A program made the translations under genes and the position numbers. Below, one piece after another: positions 12,856 through 25,339 of a DNA stretch of 64,000 nt; position 1 is the stretch's first letter, and every line of letters starts with the position of its first letter. Below the pieces are notes generated by a model that did not search any database, had not been told where the DNA came from, and saw only the letters and a program-made list of their open reading frames with translations. Source of the stretch: Callorhinchus milii (taxonomy: Eukaryota); assembly GCF_018977255.1 (NCBI RefSeq), contig NW_024704743.1:113214001-113278000 (forward strand). Direction: 5' to 3'.

Positions 12856-15719
12856 TAAAACCGAAAGATGTCGACAATCCAAGGTCACGAATCTCAAATG
12901 ACCAGTTGACAGATGTATAATAAGTGACCTTCCAGCTCACCGATTCACTTAATTGTGGTTTGAAATCAAAGAAAACAAAATTAAATTAAAATCCTCACTA
13001 ATCCGCCTTGGGAAAGGAAGATTTGGTACAAAGTCCCCGTGGTATTGAGGCTTTCTAGTTCAACGTCAAAACTAATTTGAAATGCATCACAAAATAAATG
13101 ATCACAAACTGAGAAGGTCATGACAGGAGCTTTGTGAAACAAAACAGAAAAAGATGCCCAGTGGGCAGGGTATGGCCTGGCGTTCTTTCTTGTGTCAGTT
13201 GAGTGTCACATGAACTAACCTGCCTCAGTTGGTAACACATTTGCCTCTGGATCAGAAAATTACAGGATCCAAGTACAAAAAACAGAGATGGTATTTGCCA
13301 GTACAGTAATTACTTGAGAGGTGCTTTAATGCATTTTTAACGTGAAAATGTACCATAAAAATGCAAGTTTTTTCTTACTCAAGCTTCCCTAAATGAGTGA
13401 GTTTTGTTCTGTGTCTATTTTACATTGCACTTCTATGTTGATACAGTATGAACAATATCAACTAAGCTTGAGTGAGATCCAGCAATTTTTGCTGGAGCTT
13501 GCTTGCCAGGAATATCTTGATGAGATGGTTTTGCCAGGGCATTGATCTGCATAAATGTTGGCGGTAGGTGTCAATCAATTCACTTCAGAAGGAGTCATTT
13601 TTGAATGGTTCTTGTGAATGGATGGCTTACAATCTCATAAGGAACCATTTTTAAGATGATTAGAGTCATGCAATCGACCCTAATAATACCATATTACAAA
13701 CTAAGCAGTATTTGACATCATTTTGCAGACTTGCTCTCCTCAGACCACAATCAATATGATTTCATTTGATAGCATGCCTTATCATGTCATCAAGACTTCT
13801 CAAAGTCTTCACATTTTCACAAGCATGTGAAACAACAACAACAGCAAGCAATAAATTACATTTATATAGTGCCCTTCATGTTAGGAGGATGTCCCAAGGC
13901 GCTTGACAATCAAGGCTTTTCAGCCGAGTCTGTAAGGTATGTATTTGTAGGCAAACATAGAAGCCAATTTCTAACCAGCAATGTTCTATGAACAGCCATG
14001 AATGACCAATTTTATCTTGGAGGTTATTGACCAGGATATCAGGAGAAACTCCCTTCTCTTGTCAAATATGCCATAGGGTGTTAATGTTCACCTAAAAAGG
14101 TACAGCTCTCCTAACACTGCATTGGAGTGTCAACCTTGACCAGGGAGGTCCAACTGGCAGCCCAGAGAATAAATTGGAACATTCTGCATACCTGCCAACT
14201 CCATGGGTTTTCTCCGTGGACTACGGGTATTTAGGCCAGTCTACAGGAAAACTCTGCAGACTAGGCTACAGGGAGAAGAGATCGCGCTTTTCAAGTGCAG
14301 TGAGAGCACATACACTGGGCAGGTCTGGCGTCTAACATTGCACCTATAAAGCGGCAGATTAAAGGGAACTTGATCTAATATGCATCTTTAATTTCTATAA
14401 TTCACACCTATTCAAACTGCACATTAAAAGTCCCGAGCTATTAAGTTTTACTCCCACCACCACCCCCCAAAAAAAACATTTTTTTTAACCTCCACTGAGG
14501 GGCTTCATTTTGTACCATAGCTCCTTATTGCTCAAGGAAATAATTTGGAAATTCCTGAGAGAAGAAATGTGATGGTGCCCTAGGCATTTAAGAATTACTC
14601 TTGCATAGAAGTACTTTATTATATTATTGTTTTTAAATTTGTATGATTTTTTACATTGCCCATTTAAAGTTTGCACTTTAGCTATAAATATAGTGAGTAA
14701 AATTAAGTAGCACCCAATTTAACAAATAGGATTTCTATATGATTCTTACGGGATATATCTCTGGAAAGGAAACCCAAAAATATTGCTGATGTAGCCAGTG
14801 GAAGTGTCTCAAATCCAGCATCTGGGCTTCAGCAGCCAAAAAGCTAGACCACCCTGACTGAGATTATAAGTTTAAAGTCTCAAAGTCAAGCTTGAACCCA
14901 GAACCTTTTGACTCCGAGTGCTACTCTGAGCTACAAGGTGAGTGTCACCAACCAGGCTGACAAGTCCTCCCTTTGGACGAGGATGCATAAATCTGTTTAA
15001 TTTCAGTGCTGGGAGCAATAACTTTTCTTTAACAGTATAAACTGTCATTTGCCAGAACACAGAGACAGCAGTCCCCATGGTTATTGAGAACTCTGTCGAC
15101 TGAGAATCGTTCCCTTTTATTACATTACTGTTTGGCTCATAGAAAGGCTTTGCTCCAGAATCAAAGTGATAATATAAATGTGGCATAAAGATAACTCTGC
15201 AAGGAAGGGAGCATCAGTTTGGGGAAATAAAATAGCACGAATGAAGAAATAATACCAAAACACAGGGAAATCAATCACTATTATTTTTAAAAGATTATGG
15301 GCATTATTCTACCCTGTTCAGCTAAATGTAATGAATTCATAGATATGCCAACAAGTACAACATACCCTGGGCTATTGTCTACTCTTTGCCAAATTAAACA
15401 AATCTGCCACTTTGGGCTAATAAACAATCAACGCAGTGTTACATTTATAACTTAATTTACTATTTTGAGGCAAAATGTCATGGCAATTATTTATAAATGC
15501 ACCTTAACAAATGGGCTCCATTTAGTAGTGAATGGATGGAGCCCAATAGCTCCAAGAATCCATTTGTAACATTGCCCGCAAGAAAAACAGAAAAACAGAA
15601 TCTGATGAAAGGAGATGGCTTTGTCCTGGCTAAAATAATGCAAGAAGCCAGTGTGAAGAATACATATTTGGAGCAACCCAATTTTATATTGTTTATGTAG
15701 CTTGTGCACATCTAAAATA

Positions 15720-16178
15720 TAAATAAATAATCCTTGCACATCATATACTGTGGCATCTTTCATATTAGGAAGATAACTCAAAGCGTTTGATGGGATTTAC
15801 TGTACAGTATAGTGACAGTGCATGTTTTGTATGCAAAGGTGGAAGTTAATTTGTGCGTGTCAATGTTCCACAAATAGCCATGAAGTGAATGGCCAATTGT
15901 ATTTGGGGGATTGTTGGACGACACTGGGAGAAACTCCTTTCTCTTTTAGAATAGTGATGTGGGATCTTTGGGGTCCACTTGAATGGGCAAATAAGATCTG
16001 GGTTTAGTTTAATGTCTCAACTGAAGGATGACACTTTTGACAATGCAGCACATTCCCCGGCTCTGAATTGAAGTTCGAGTTGGAGAATCAGCCCAGACTG
16101 AGAGATCAAAGCCCCGATGTGCAGCTTGAAATCACAACCTTTTGATTCAGAGGCATGAGTGCTGAGCCAGGCTGACAC
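15720..16178 (-). mobile_element. Older SacSINE1-like SINE
   Basis: Tail AATAATCCTTGCA, GGGATCTTT, GTTTAATGTCTCA and head GAGCCAGGCTGACA. Confidence 0.75.
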
Positions 16179-16625
16179 CCAATCATTATCGGCTGGCTGT
16201 TCTAATTATAGATTCGGATCTTCTTTCTTGTGCAAGAATATGGACAGAAAATGTCAGAATGCATTTTGAGACCCATAAAAGTCCCCTGATTTAATCCACA
16301 GATTGGCTATAAAAATCTAGCCGTCTTTCACAACTAGCAAAAACTATAACAGTTCTAGACATTTCAACTGTTGCACATGCAGTGTGAATGCTGGATTGCT
16401 GCAATCTGCCATTCTTTTTCATGCTCTAGGCTGTGATTTAATAACGCTGTGAACTACACTTTGTTTTCAAGGTCATTGTCTAATGAGGCAACAACAAGTG
16501 TATGCATATAATGAGTTTCAATATACCAACGTTTGGTTGGCACCGGATAAAGATGTAATTTTTACCGTATTCCTCAACTGCATTCAAATCTCTCATTTGC
16601 AGCTCATTAATCATGGAATATTACA

Positions 16626-17238
16626 ACAACAACAACAACAAGATTCCATTTATAGAGCGCCTTTCACGTCGGGAGGAAGTCCCAAGGGCTGGACAGTTGG
16701 GTCAGGACCCGAGCAGGGGGGAAATGGTCAGGGTGAGGGGAGGGAAGGGAGTGAGCGAGGAGGGGGTAGAGAGTCGAGAGGGGAGCTGAAGGCACGGTCA
16801 AAGAGAAAGGTCTTGAGACCGGCCTTGAAGGAGGAAAGGGAGGAGGCAAGGCGAAGGCACTGGGGGATGGAGTTCCAGAGCCTAGGGGCTGAGAGGCTGA
16901 AGGTCCGGCCACCGATGGTAGGGCAGTTGGGGCAGGGGATGTGGAGCAGACCGGAGCCAGAGGAACGGAGGGTATGGGCAGGTAAGTAGGGGGATAGTAG
17001 GTCGGAGAGGTAGGAGTGAGCAAGGCCGTGAATGGCCTTGTAGGTGAGGATGAGGATCTTGAATTCGATCCTCTGGGGGATGGGGAGCCAGTGGAGGCGA
17101 GCGAAGGTGGGAGTGATGTGGTCGCGAAGCCTGGTGCGGGACAGTACACGAGCTGCAGAGTTCTGAATGACCTGCAGCTTGTGGAGGGAGGTGCCGGGAA
17201 GGCCGACGAGGAGAGAGTTCCCATAGTCCAGCCTTGAG
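16626..17238 (-). mobile_element. Young 5'-truncated L2 LINE (ORF2 C-terminus and 3' UTR)
   Basis: Translation ISRLDYGNSLLVGLP...LQVIQNSAARVL...HITPTFARLHWLPIPQRIEFKIL...GGRTFSLSAPRLWNSIP is a typical L2 C-terminus; (GTT)n tail; flanked by ATATTACA at 16618-16625 and 17239-17246. Confidence 0.93.
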
Positions 17239-17246
17239 ATATTACA

Positions 17247-17617
17247 GCACAGAAGGAGACCATTCGGCCCATCGTGCCTGTGCCAGCTCTTTGGAAGAGC
17301 TTCCCAATCAATCTCACTCCCCCACTTTTTCCCCATACTCCCGAAATTTTTCCTTTTCAAGTACCTTTCTAATTCCCTTTTGAAAGTTGTTATTGAATCT
17401 ATCTGTTTCCACAACCCTTTCAGGCAGTGCATTCCAAACCATAACAACTCTTTGTGTAAAAAAAATTCTCATTTCTCCTCTGGATCTTTTGCCAATTATC
17501 TTAAATCTATGTGCCCTGGTTGCAGACCCACCTGCCAGTGGAAACAGTTTCTCCCTATCTACTCTATCAAAACCCCTCATAATTTTGAACACCTCTATTA
17601 AATCTCCCATTAACCTT
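17247..17617 (-). mobile_element. CR1 LINE 3' part (host copy, continues at 19748-19865)
   Basis: GDLIEVFKIMRGFDRVDREKLFPL...FFTQRVVMVWNALP; 3' end GGGCCGAATGGTCTCCTTCTGTGCTGTAAT. Confidence 0.9.
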
Positions 17618-19747
17618 CATAGAATCATAGAATAATAGAATCGTACAGCACAAAAAGAGGCCATTCGGCCCATCGAGTCTGTGCCGGCTCTTTGAAAAGA
17701 GCAATGTAATGTCAATACCTCTCCCCAGTCCTTTCCCCATAACCCTTGAAACCAATCCTCCTCAAATACCCATCCACCGCGTCTTTATCGAATCGGCCTC
17801 GACCACCCTTTCAGGCAATGCATTCCAGATTCGAACAACTCGTTGCGTGAAAAAATTTCTTCTCATCTCCCCTCTGCTTCTTTTAGAAACTGTTTTAAAT
17901 CTGTGACCTCAAGTCACCGACACACCCACCAGTGGAAACAGCTTTTCCCTTTCTAACCTATCAAATCCCCTCATGATTTTGAAGACCTCTATTAGGTCTC
18001 CTCGTAACCTTCTCTGCTCCAATGAGAATAATCTCAGCCTCTCCAGCCTTTCCTCATAATCAAGGTCCCTCATTCCTGGTACCATTCTTGTAAATCTCCT
18101 CTGCACCCTTTCCAATGCCTTAACATCCTTCCTATAGTGTGGTGCCCAGAACTGGGCGCAGTATTCTAACTGAGGCCTAACCAGTGTTTTATATAAGTTA
18201 ATCATAACCTCCTGACTCTTGTACTCTATGCCCCTAATTATAAAGCCTAGTATCCCATATGCCCTTTTTACAGTCTTATCTACCTGTCCTGCCACCTTCA
18301 AGGATTCATTTACCTGAACTCCCAGGTCTCTCTGTTCATTCATCCCCCTTAAGATTGTATTACCAGCCTATATTTCCTCCCCTCATTCTTTCTACCAAAA
18401 TGCATTACCTCGCATTTCTCCACATTGAAACTCATCTGCCATGTGTCTGCCCATTTTACCATTCTATCTATGTCTTCCTGCAGTTGGCTACTATCCTTCT
18501 CACTGTTTACTATCCTACCTAACTTTGTGTTGTCCGCAAACTTGGAAATGGTACTTGCTATACCCAAGTCCAGATCATTTATATATATTAAGAAGAGCAG
18601 TGGTCCCAATACCGATCCCTGGGGGACACCACTGTATACTTCCCTCCAGTCAGAAAAGCAACCGTTCACCACAACTCTCTGCTTTCTGTCTCCCAGCCAG
18701 TTCTGGATCCATGTCCGTTTTATACCATGGGCTTCTATTTTTTTTACAAGTCAAATGCTTTTTGAAAGTCCATATAAACTACATCAACTGCACTACCTTC
18801 ATCCACCCTCTCCGTTACCTCATCGAAAAATTCTAATAGATATGTTAGACAAGATCTGCCTTTAACAAATCCGTGCTGGCTGTCCCTAATTAACCCATAT
18901 TCGTCTAAATGAAGACTTATTCTGTCCCGGATTATAGTCTCCAGGAGTTTCCCCGCTACTGATGTAGTTCCCAGGTTTGTCCTTCTGCCCCTTCTTCTAC
19001 AGGTGAGTAATATTAGCCACTCTCCAGTCCTCTGGCACCACTCCTGTGTCCAACGAAGATTGAAAAATTGTAGCCAAAGCCTCCGCTATTTGTACCCGTG
19101 CCTCCCATAGTAACCTTGGCTGCATCCCGTCTGGACTGGGCGACTCATCTACCTTGAGACCAGTCAACCTTTTCAGTACTTCCTCTCAGTTTATACTTAT
19201 CCTATCCATTTCCTCTACCCTCTCCTCCAATACTGTGGCATTTGGTGCATCCACTTCTTTTGTGAATACAGATGCAAAGTACTCATTCAGTACATCAGCC
19301 ATGCCCTCTGCCTCCACAATATGATTTCCGCCTTGGTCCTTAATTGGCCACACCCTACCTTTGACTAGCCTTTTTTTCTTGATATGTTTGTAAAATATTT
19401 TAGGATTCCCTTTAATGTTACCCGCTAACCCTTTTTCGTATAATCTTTTTGCCCCTCTTATTTCCTTTTTCAGTTCTCTTCGGTACTTTCTATATTCTAT
19501 TTGGTTGTCTTCTGTATCTTGGGCTTGACATTTGTTATACGCCTCCTTTTTCTGCTTCATTCTAGACACAATTACCTTCCTCATCCAGGGAGGTTTGGAT
19601 GGCCTACTTTTCCCTTTTGTGGGAATGTATTTGTTCTGTCCTTGAGCTATCTCATCCTTGAAGACTTCCCACTGCTCTTTAGTTGTGTTACCTGCCAATG
19701 TTTCTTTACAGTCCACGTTGGCTAAATCCCTTTTTAACTCACTGAAA
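17618..19747 (-). mobile_element. Younger CR1 LINE, 5'-truncated, with disrupted reverse transcriptase ORF2
   Basis: GVPQGSVLGPLLFLIYINDL, KFADNTK (degenerate FADD), FNVEKCEVMHFG, LYKTLVRPQLEYCAQFWAP, MADVLNEYFASVFTKE; (ATTCTATG)-type tail at 17618-17641; frameshifts and internal deletions. Confidence 0.95.
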
Positions 19748-19865
19748 AACCCTCTCTGCTCTAACTAGAACAATCCCAGTTTCTCCAGTCTCTCCGCATA
19801 ACTAAAGACCCTCATCCCTGGTACCATTCTGGTAAATCACCTCTGCACCCTTTCCAAGGCCTTAC
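19748..19865 (-). mobile_element. Continuation of the host CR1 from 17247-17617
   Basis: Resumes at CTCTGCTC, which follows AACCTT in the uninterrupted CR1 sequence at about 18006-18020. Confidence 0.8.
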
Positions 19866-20141
19866 TGTCATTTATTTTATGCCTCACCCTTGTTATATTT
19901 GCTGTTGGGTATTTTCTACCTCTAAGCGATTTTTATAGCAATGCAGGACCTTAAGGTCACTTGTCATAAATTAAGTAACCAATGCTTCAGATAAAAATGT
20001 ATGTGGGGAATTAAAGAATTAGTGATCAGAAGCTAATTTTCAGAGGTATAAACTGAAATATCAATCCAGGAAAATGGGCAACAGGAGTTTAGCAGCTTTG
20101 CAGGGACTTATGTTTGGAATGTATCTGTGACTAAGATATTA

Positions 20142-20466
20142 GTGGAGTCCTGTAGCTCAGTGGTTAGAGCACTCACTTTGCAAGCGAGAGACCTGAGTTC
20201 AATTCCAGGCAGGGCCAAACCTTGGGCAAGTTTCCTTACTCCACACAGAGCCTAATAATAATCCCTCCAAAAAAACAAAACAATAATAAATTGGTCATTT
20301 TCAATCCATGACTGTTTGTGGGACACTGCTGTGCGCAATTGGCTGCCGCGTTCGCCCACAAATATGCAGTCAATTCACTTTACAGAATGTTCTGTGAAGC
20401 GCTTTGGGACGTCTAGAAGACGTGAAAAGCGCTATATCAAATGCAAGGATTTTTATTATTATTATT
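20142..20466 (+). mobile_element. Young tRNA-derived SINE, short subfamily, full length
   Basis: Near identity to 708-1026 but tail loop reads TAGAA. Confidence 0.93.
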
Positions 20467-22739
20467 CAGAATGAAAAATGCAATATTTAAAGTGGGACAC
20501 TGTTGCTGAGATGTTCTAGTTGATAACCATAAATGCAAGCCCTGACTTTGTTTGAGCAGTTACGCCTAAAGAGCTGGTTGCTCCAGCTAATAAGCCATCC
20601 TACAGCAATTTAGATCCTGCTCCTGTACACAGCTCAGAATATGAATCCTGGAAATGGCTTGAACTCAACTTCCAAAGCAGAGGAAACACAGTAACAGCTC
20701 ACCGCTTGGAAGCAGTCCAGAGAGATATGACCAATTCATTCTTCAATGGTTTCCCTCTTTCTACAGACACAATTGCATTTGCATGGATGTTCCACGGCCA
20801 TTCAACTTAGATAGGGACCTCGCCCTGTGGAGAATCGTGTCTGTAAATGCTGCTTTGATGCATGTAGGCACTTAACAACAACGACTTTTATACAGCACCC
20901 TTCACGTGTGGTAGCATCTTGTCTAAAGAATATAGTCACTCCACTGTACAGTAAGTCATGTGAAATGCTTTGAGATATCTTCCTGACATGAAAATGTAAG
21001 GATTTTATTTTATGTCATTGCATTTCCAGAATACCACTAATTTCAAAGTGAATTCCCTCCAGATTCTGTTTAAGAATTCCACAAATTTCAAGTGGCCCTG
21101 GTTACATGGAAATAAACACAATCCTTCAAAGGTCAACAAAAGCACAACTATAAATATTAACGTCCAGTAAAAATGTCAAATGCTGTTATAGAAGGTGTGA
21201 TTTAGTAGACAGAGTTCAATAGCCCACCAACCTAATGTCTATTTTTAGCTCCATTCTATGTAGTAAAGACTGTGGGATGGAAATAGAGGGTAAATAGAGC
21301 AAGCAAGATGACAAATACTTTGTGTATTATTAGAAAAGTATTCATCTAGTCTGACGAAGCACTTCAATCAGAGTGCAGCTCATCAATTATTCACAGATAC
21401 CAGAGAGCATTTTGTTCACTGGTTCTTTTTTGTCCTGTAAAAGGTGGCATTTTCTCAGCTCAAACAACATATTCCAGCATCTTAAGACTCATCAAGGTCA
21501 AGAGAATTCTCACCCTTGGGCACTAAGCTCTTGGTATTTTTATTCTAAAAGTCAAAATCTATTCAATGTATGCTCCTCGTGAAGGTCAGGAGAGACTTTT
21601 CTCCACAGTAGCATTGGGATCAAGGTGACACATTCATTAAAAACATCTGAAAATGAAATTCAGTAATAGTTGTACAGAAGTTATATAGGAGCCTGAAACT
21701 TCTTTATCAAGTAAAAGATCAAAGGACAAACACTTCTCTTGTTGCCACTGTGAAAGCCAATTGTCAGGTTGAAAGCTTGCAGGATATGCGATTCTATTTA
21801 ACCTCTTCCCCTCAATGGATGACTACAATTGCTGACAGGAGCTCCAGTTATTAAAGTGCTCATTTAGCACCCTGTAATTCTCAAGAACACGCAGAGTTAA
21901 TGTCTTCAAGACGTCAACATGCTGAAGCCCACTTAGAAGAAGATCTGTTACAGGAACATTTTTAAAAAAGTTATCCCATTAGCCTGCACATGAATTAATA
22001 ATATTCCTTGCATTTGATATAGAGCCTTATCACGTTGTCGAAATGTCTCAAAGTGCTTCAAAGAATACACAGCAAAATGAATTGACTGTATATTTTGTGG
22101 GTGAAATGCGTCAGTCAATTGCAGAATGTGGAATGTCCTATCACGGTGTAAGTTGGAATATGATGCTCTTCATAGGTCAGGGTGCTAACTGATACTATTG
22201 AAAAGAAAATGAGTAACCATTTGTCTATTCCACCTTGTATTTTGTCACTGGGTGAATGTCCCTCTCATTTATTCTTCCATACACTTCGTTTTTTTGGAAG
22301 GGGAGTGGGGTAAGAGTGTAAATATTGTAGTTTGATTATAGTGGACAATGAAGCCTCTCTAACAGAGGGCTTGCTGCTGTAGTGCAAAATAGCTGTCCTA
22401 ATAATAATCCATGCATTTGAAGTAATGCCTTACCACGTCACTGAAACACCTCAAAGAGCTCAATAGGATTTACTGTGAAGAGTAGTCACTGTGAATTTTA
22501 GGCAAATTTGGATAATATAAAGATTTTCAATGATAAACCTTTAGCATCTATCTACCCGCTGTAATAGACAGTCTCCAGGGCCTTGGGACGTCCTTCCGAC
22601 GTGAAAGGCGCTATACACATGTAATTTTGTTGTTGTTGTTGCTGTTTTCCTGCTTACAAAACTGACTTGTTGTAGATGGTTTTGCTCAGGAGAGACAACA
22701 CATGGAGGGGAACAGAGACAATGGCCAGGATAAAAAGAT

Positions 22740-22962
22740 AGAGGTAGAAATTCCACCTGGGTTGAGATTTACTCGAATAACATATGATCCAGAATTTGGC
22801 AAATTCTTAATTACAGCCTTAACTTTGAAGACATTTTACTGTAAGTTCTTATAAGCAAACTGACTTCAAAGTTCAGACTGAATTCAACAGTTTGCCAAAC
22901 TCAGGGTGATCTGAAATGGTAAGTAAACAAAGTAAATGTGACTCAGGTGGAATTTCTCCCCA
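22740..22962. mobile_element. Foldback MITE-like imperfect palindrome
   Basis: Left GGTAGAAATTCCACCTGGGTTGAGATTTACT versus reverse complement of the right end GGGAGAAATTCCACCTGAGTCACATTTACT; inner arms TTTGGCAAATT..AACTTTGAAG and CTTCAAAGTT..GTTTGCCAAA also pair; related copy near 53786-53988. Confidence 0.75.
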
Positions 22963-23509
22963 GTAGAAGTCAAAATTACAGAATGTGATATTGTCACATT
23001 GATTAAAAATGCAGTCAATAGCAGTAGATAGACATCATTGGTGGGGGGTGGGGGGGGGTGGACAAGGAGTGGAAGTGATATGACAGGTTCACATGCTGCA
23101 ATTCTGACCCATCAAAATGTAGACTATTAAAGGAAAGTGAAATAGCCAAAATGGTAAAACAAGTAAATTAGAAAACAGGGAGAAAACAGATATGTGAAGT
23201 GATAAAAGAAACATCTGATTCCACGAATTTACTGTGTGTCGACGGGCTCAAAAGAGTTAATGTTACAAAAACTTCAATCTTTGTTACTGAGTCCTCAAAG
23301 TAGCTCTTTTGAACACAAATCTATCTTATGCCTAGCAGATAAGCAGCCGGAGAACATCAAAGGTAGAGGAACAGAATTATTTTAATAAAATAAGTGACAA
23401 AAGTAACAGACACAGTTTTTTTAAACAGTTATCAACCACTAGAGGGCATTGCATTATTGGTCTCACTAACATAATAATCCTTGATCTCATATTGTGCCTC
23501 ATTTATGAC

Positions 23510-23997
23510 CAGGGCCAGATTAACCAATAAACCAATTAATCCATGTTTTAGCGCCCCGGTCTGAGGGGTTCCAGATATAGATATTGGGTTGAAAAATTAG
23601 CCATGCTTATTATTATATTACCTATAGTAAATATCATAACATAATTTGTAAAACAGTCAGACCAGGCTTGAGTCACATGTACATGTTATCAGAATCGACG
23701 AGTTGAAAACTATTATCTCAATCGTTTGAGATAAACACATGGAACTGGTGTTCTTGAACATTTTGTATGTAAATCAGGTTTTTATCGTGTCACATGCTAC
23801 TTTATGTGTTTTTAAAATGTCTTGCTTGTCATGTTTATTTATAAGTACTTTTAAATGTATTAAAATAAAATCTCATTGAATATCAACATATGTCTGTCAT
23901 CCACAAATAGGTACTGTTGCATATTTTGCATGCATAATACAAAGGGCCCCTAAATGTGATCTAGTTTAGGGCCCCAGATCCAATTAATCTAGCCCTT
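23510..23997. mobile_element. Non-autonomous hAT (Tip100-like) DNA transposon inserted in an old SINE
   Basis: Terminal inverted repeats CAGGGCCAGATTAA and TTAATCTAGCCCT; subterminal GGGCCCC motifs; degenerate 8 bp flanks TTTATGAC / AATACGAC. Confidence 0.7.
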
Positions 23998-24385
23998 AAT
24001 ACGACATTGAGATAACTCAAAGTGCTGCACAGGATTTTACAGTGAAGTGCAGTGACTGTTTATTTGTAGGTGAATGAGGCAGCCAATTTGCCATAGCAAT
24101 GTTCCAAGAAGTGAGTGACCAATTTTATTTGAGGGACTGTTGGCCAGGACACCAGGAAAAGCTTCCTTCTCTTTTGGAATAGTGCCATGGATCTTTAATG
24201 TCCACCAAAACAGGAAAACGGGATCTTAGTTTGACATCTAATCCGGAGGACTGTACCTCCAACAATGTATCACTGCATTGGAGTGTCAGTCTAGACTGTG
24301 AATTCAAGGTCCTACATGGGTCTTTAATTCACAACCTTCTGACTCACAGGTGGGTGTTCTACTTAACAACTGAGACAGGCTGACA
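23998..24385 (-). mobile_element. Older SacSINE1-like SINE (its tail end lies at 23470-23509, beyond the hAT insert)
   Basis: GTGCCATGGATCTTTAATGTCCACC, GGAGTGTCAGTCTAGA, CACAACCTTCTGACTCA and GACAGGCTGACA. Confidence 0.8.
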
Positions 24386-24704
24386 ACTGCCACAAAGAAT
24401 ATTGGTGTTTAAATAAATTGGAACATCTAATTTAACTTGGCAGACTTAGTCGTGCAAATTTATTTGATTAATTAATTTAAAAATGACTTCTAAACTGATG
24501 CCCGAGGAATCATGCAGACCAATTTATGTTGGGATTATATTCTGAACATAAATAGAATAATGCGATCAATAATAACTTCAGTATCTTAAGCGGTAGATCA
24601 TCGCTCTATCTAGCTTTGTTGTTCTTATTTTGAACAGAATGATGATTGATGAGTTTAAAATTTATAAATAGTCTTTTAAAAGGTGAAGAAAGACATCAGC
24701 TCAA

Positions 24705-24960
24705 TCAAACAGCAACAAAGAATTACATTCGTATAGCGCCTTTTACATTGGGAGGACGTCCCAAAGCGCTGGACAATCAAGGATGTGCACCCGAGCTGGG
24801 GGTTGGGATCAAAAGCGGTGGAGGGCAGCGAGAGTGGGTGTAGAAGGGTGACTGAAGAGGTGGCCGAAGGGAAAGGTCTTGAGGTAGGAATTGAATGAGG
24901 CGAAGGGAATGGAGTTCCAAAAGGTGGGGGCAGAGAGGCCAAAGGAGAAAGTTCACCCTT
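24705..24960 (-). mobile_element. L2 LINE 3' fragment
   Basis: Tail GGGAGGACGTCCCAAAGCGCTGGACA and purine-rich 3' region homologous to 16626-16900. Confidence 0.8.
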
Positions 24961-25092
24961 ATTAGATACAGAGACTTCACCAACACTTATGTAGGGATAA
25001 CAGCAGTGCACTTAAAGACTTATTGCACTTAAAGGCTTCCAAAAGCATTTGTAATTTCTTTAAACAAATTATTGTTTAGGAATTACTAATAT

Positions 25093-25339
25093 AATAATAA
25101 TAATAATCCTTGCATTTGATATAGCGCTTTTCACGTCGGGAGGACGTCCCAAAGCGCTTCACAGAACACACTGTAAAGTGAATTGACTGTATATTTGTGG
25201 GCGAACGCGGCAGCCAATTGCGCACAGCAATGTCCCACAAACAGTCGTAGATTGAAAATGACCAATTTAATTATTGTTTTTTTTTTTGGAGGGATTATTA
25301 TTAGGCGTGTGGAGTAAGGAAACTTGCCCAAGGTTTCGA
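25093..25339 (-). mobile_element. Young SINE, 5'-truncated, with 9 bp target-site duplication
   Basis: Lacks most of the tRNA head; TACTAATAT at 25084-25092 and 25340-25348. Confidence 0.9.

Noticed and set aside
16728..17447. 239 aa ORF as a novel gene
   Set aside because: Accidental read-through from a CR1 3' end into an inserted L2 fragment.
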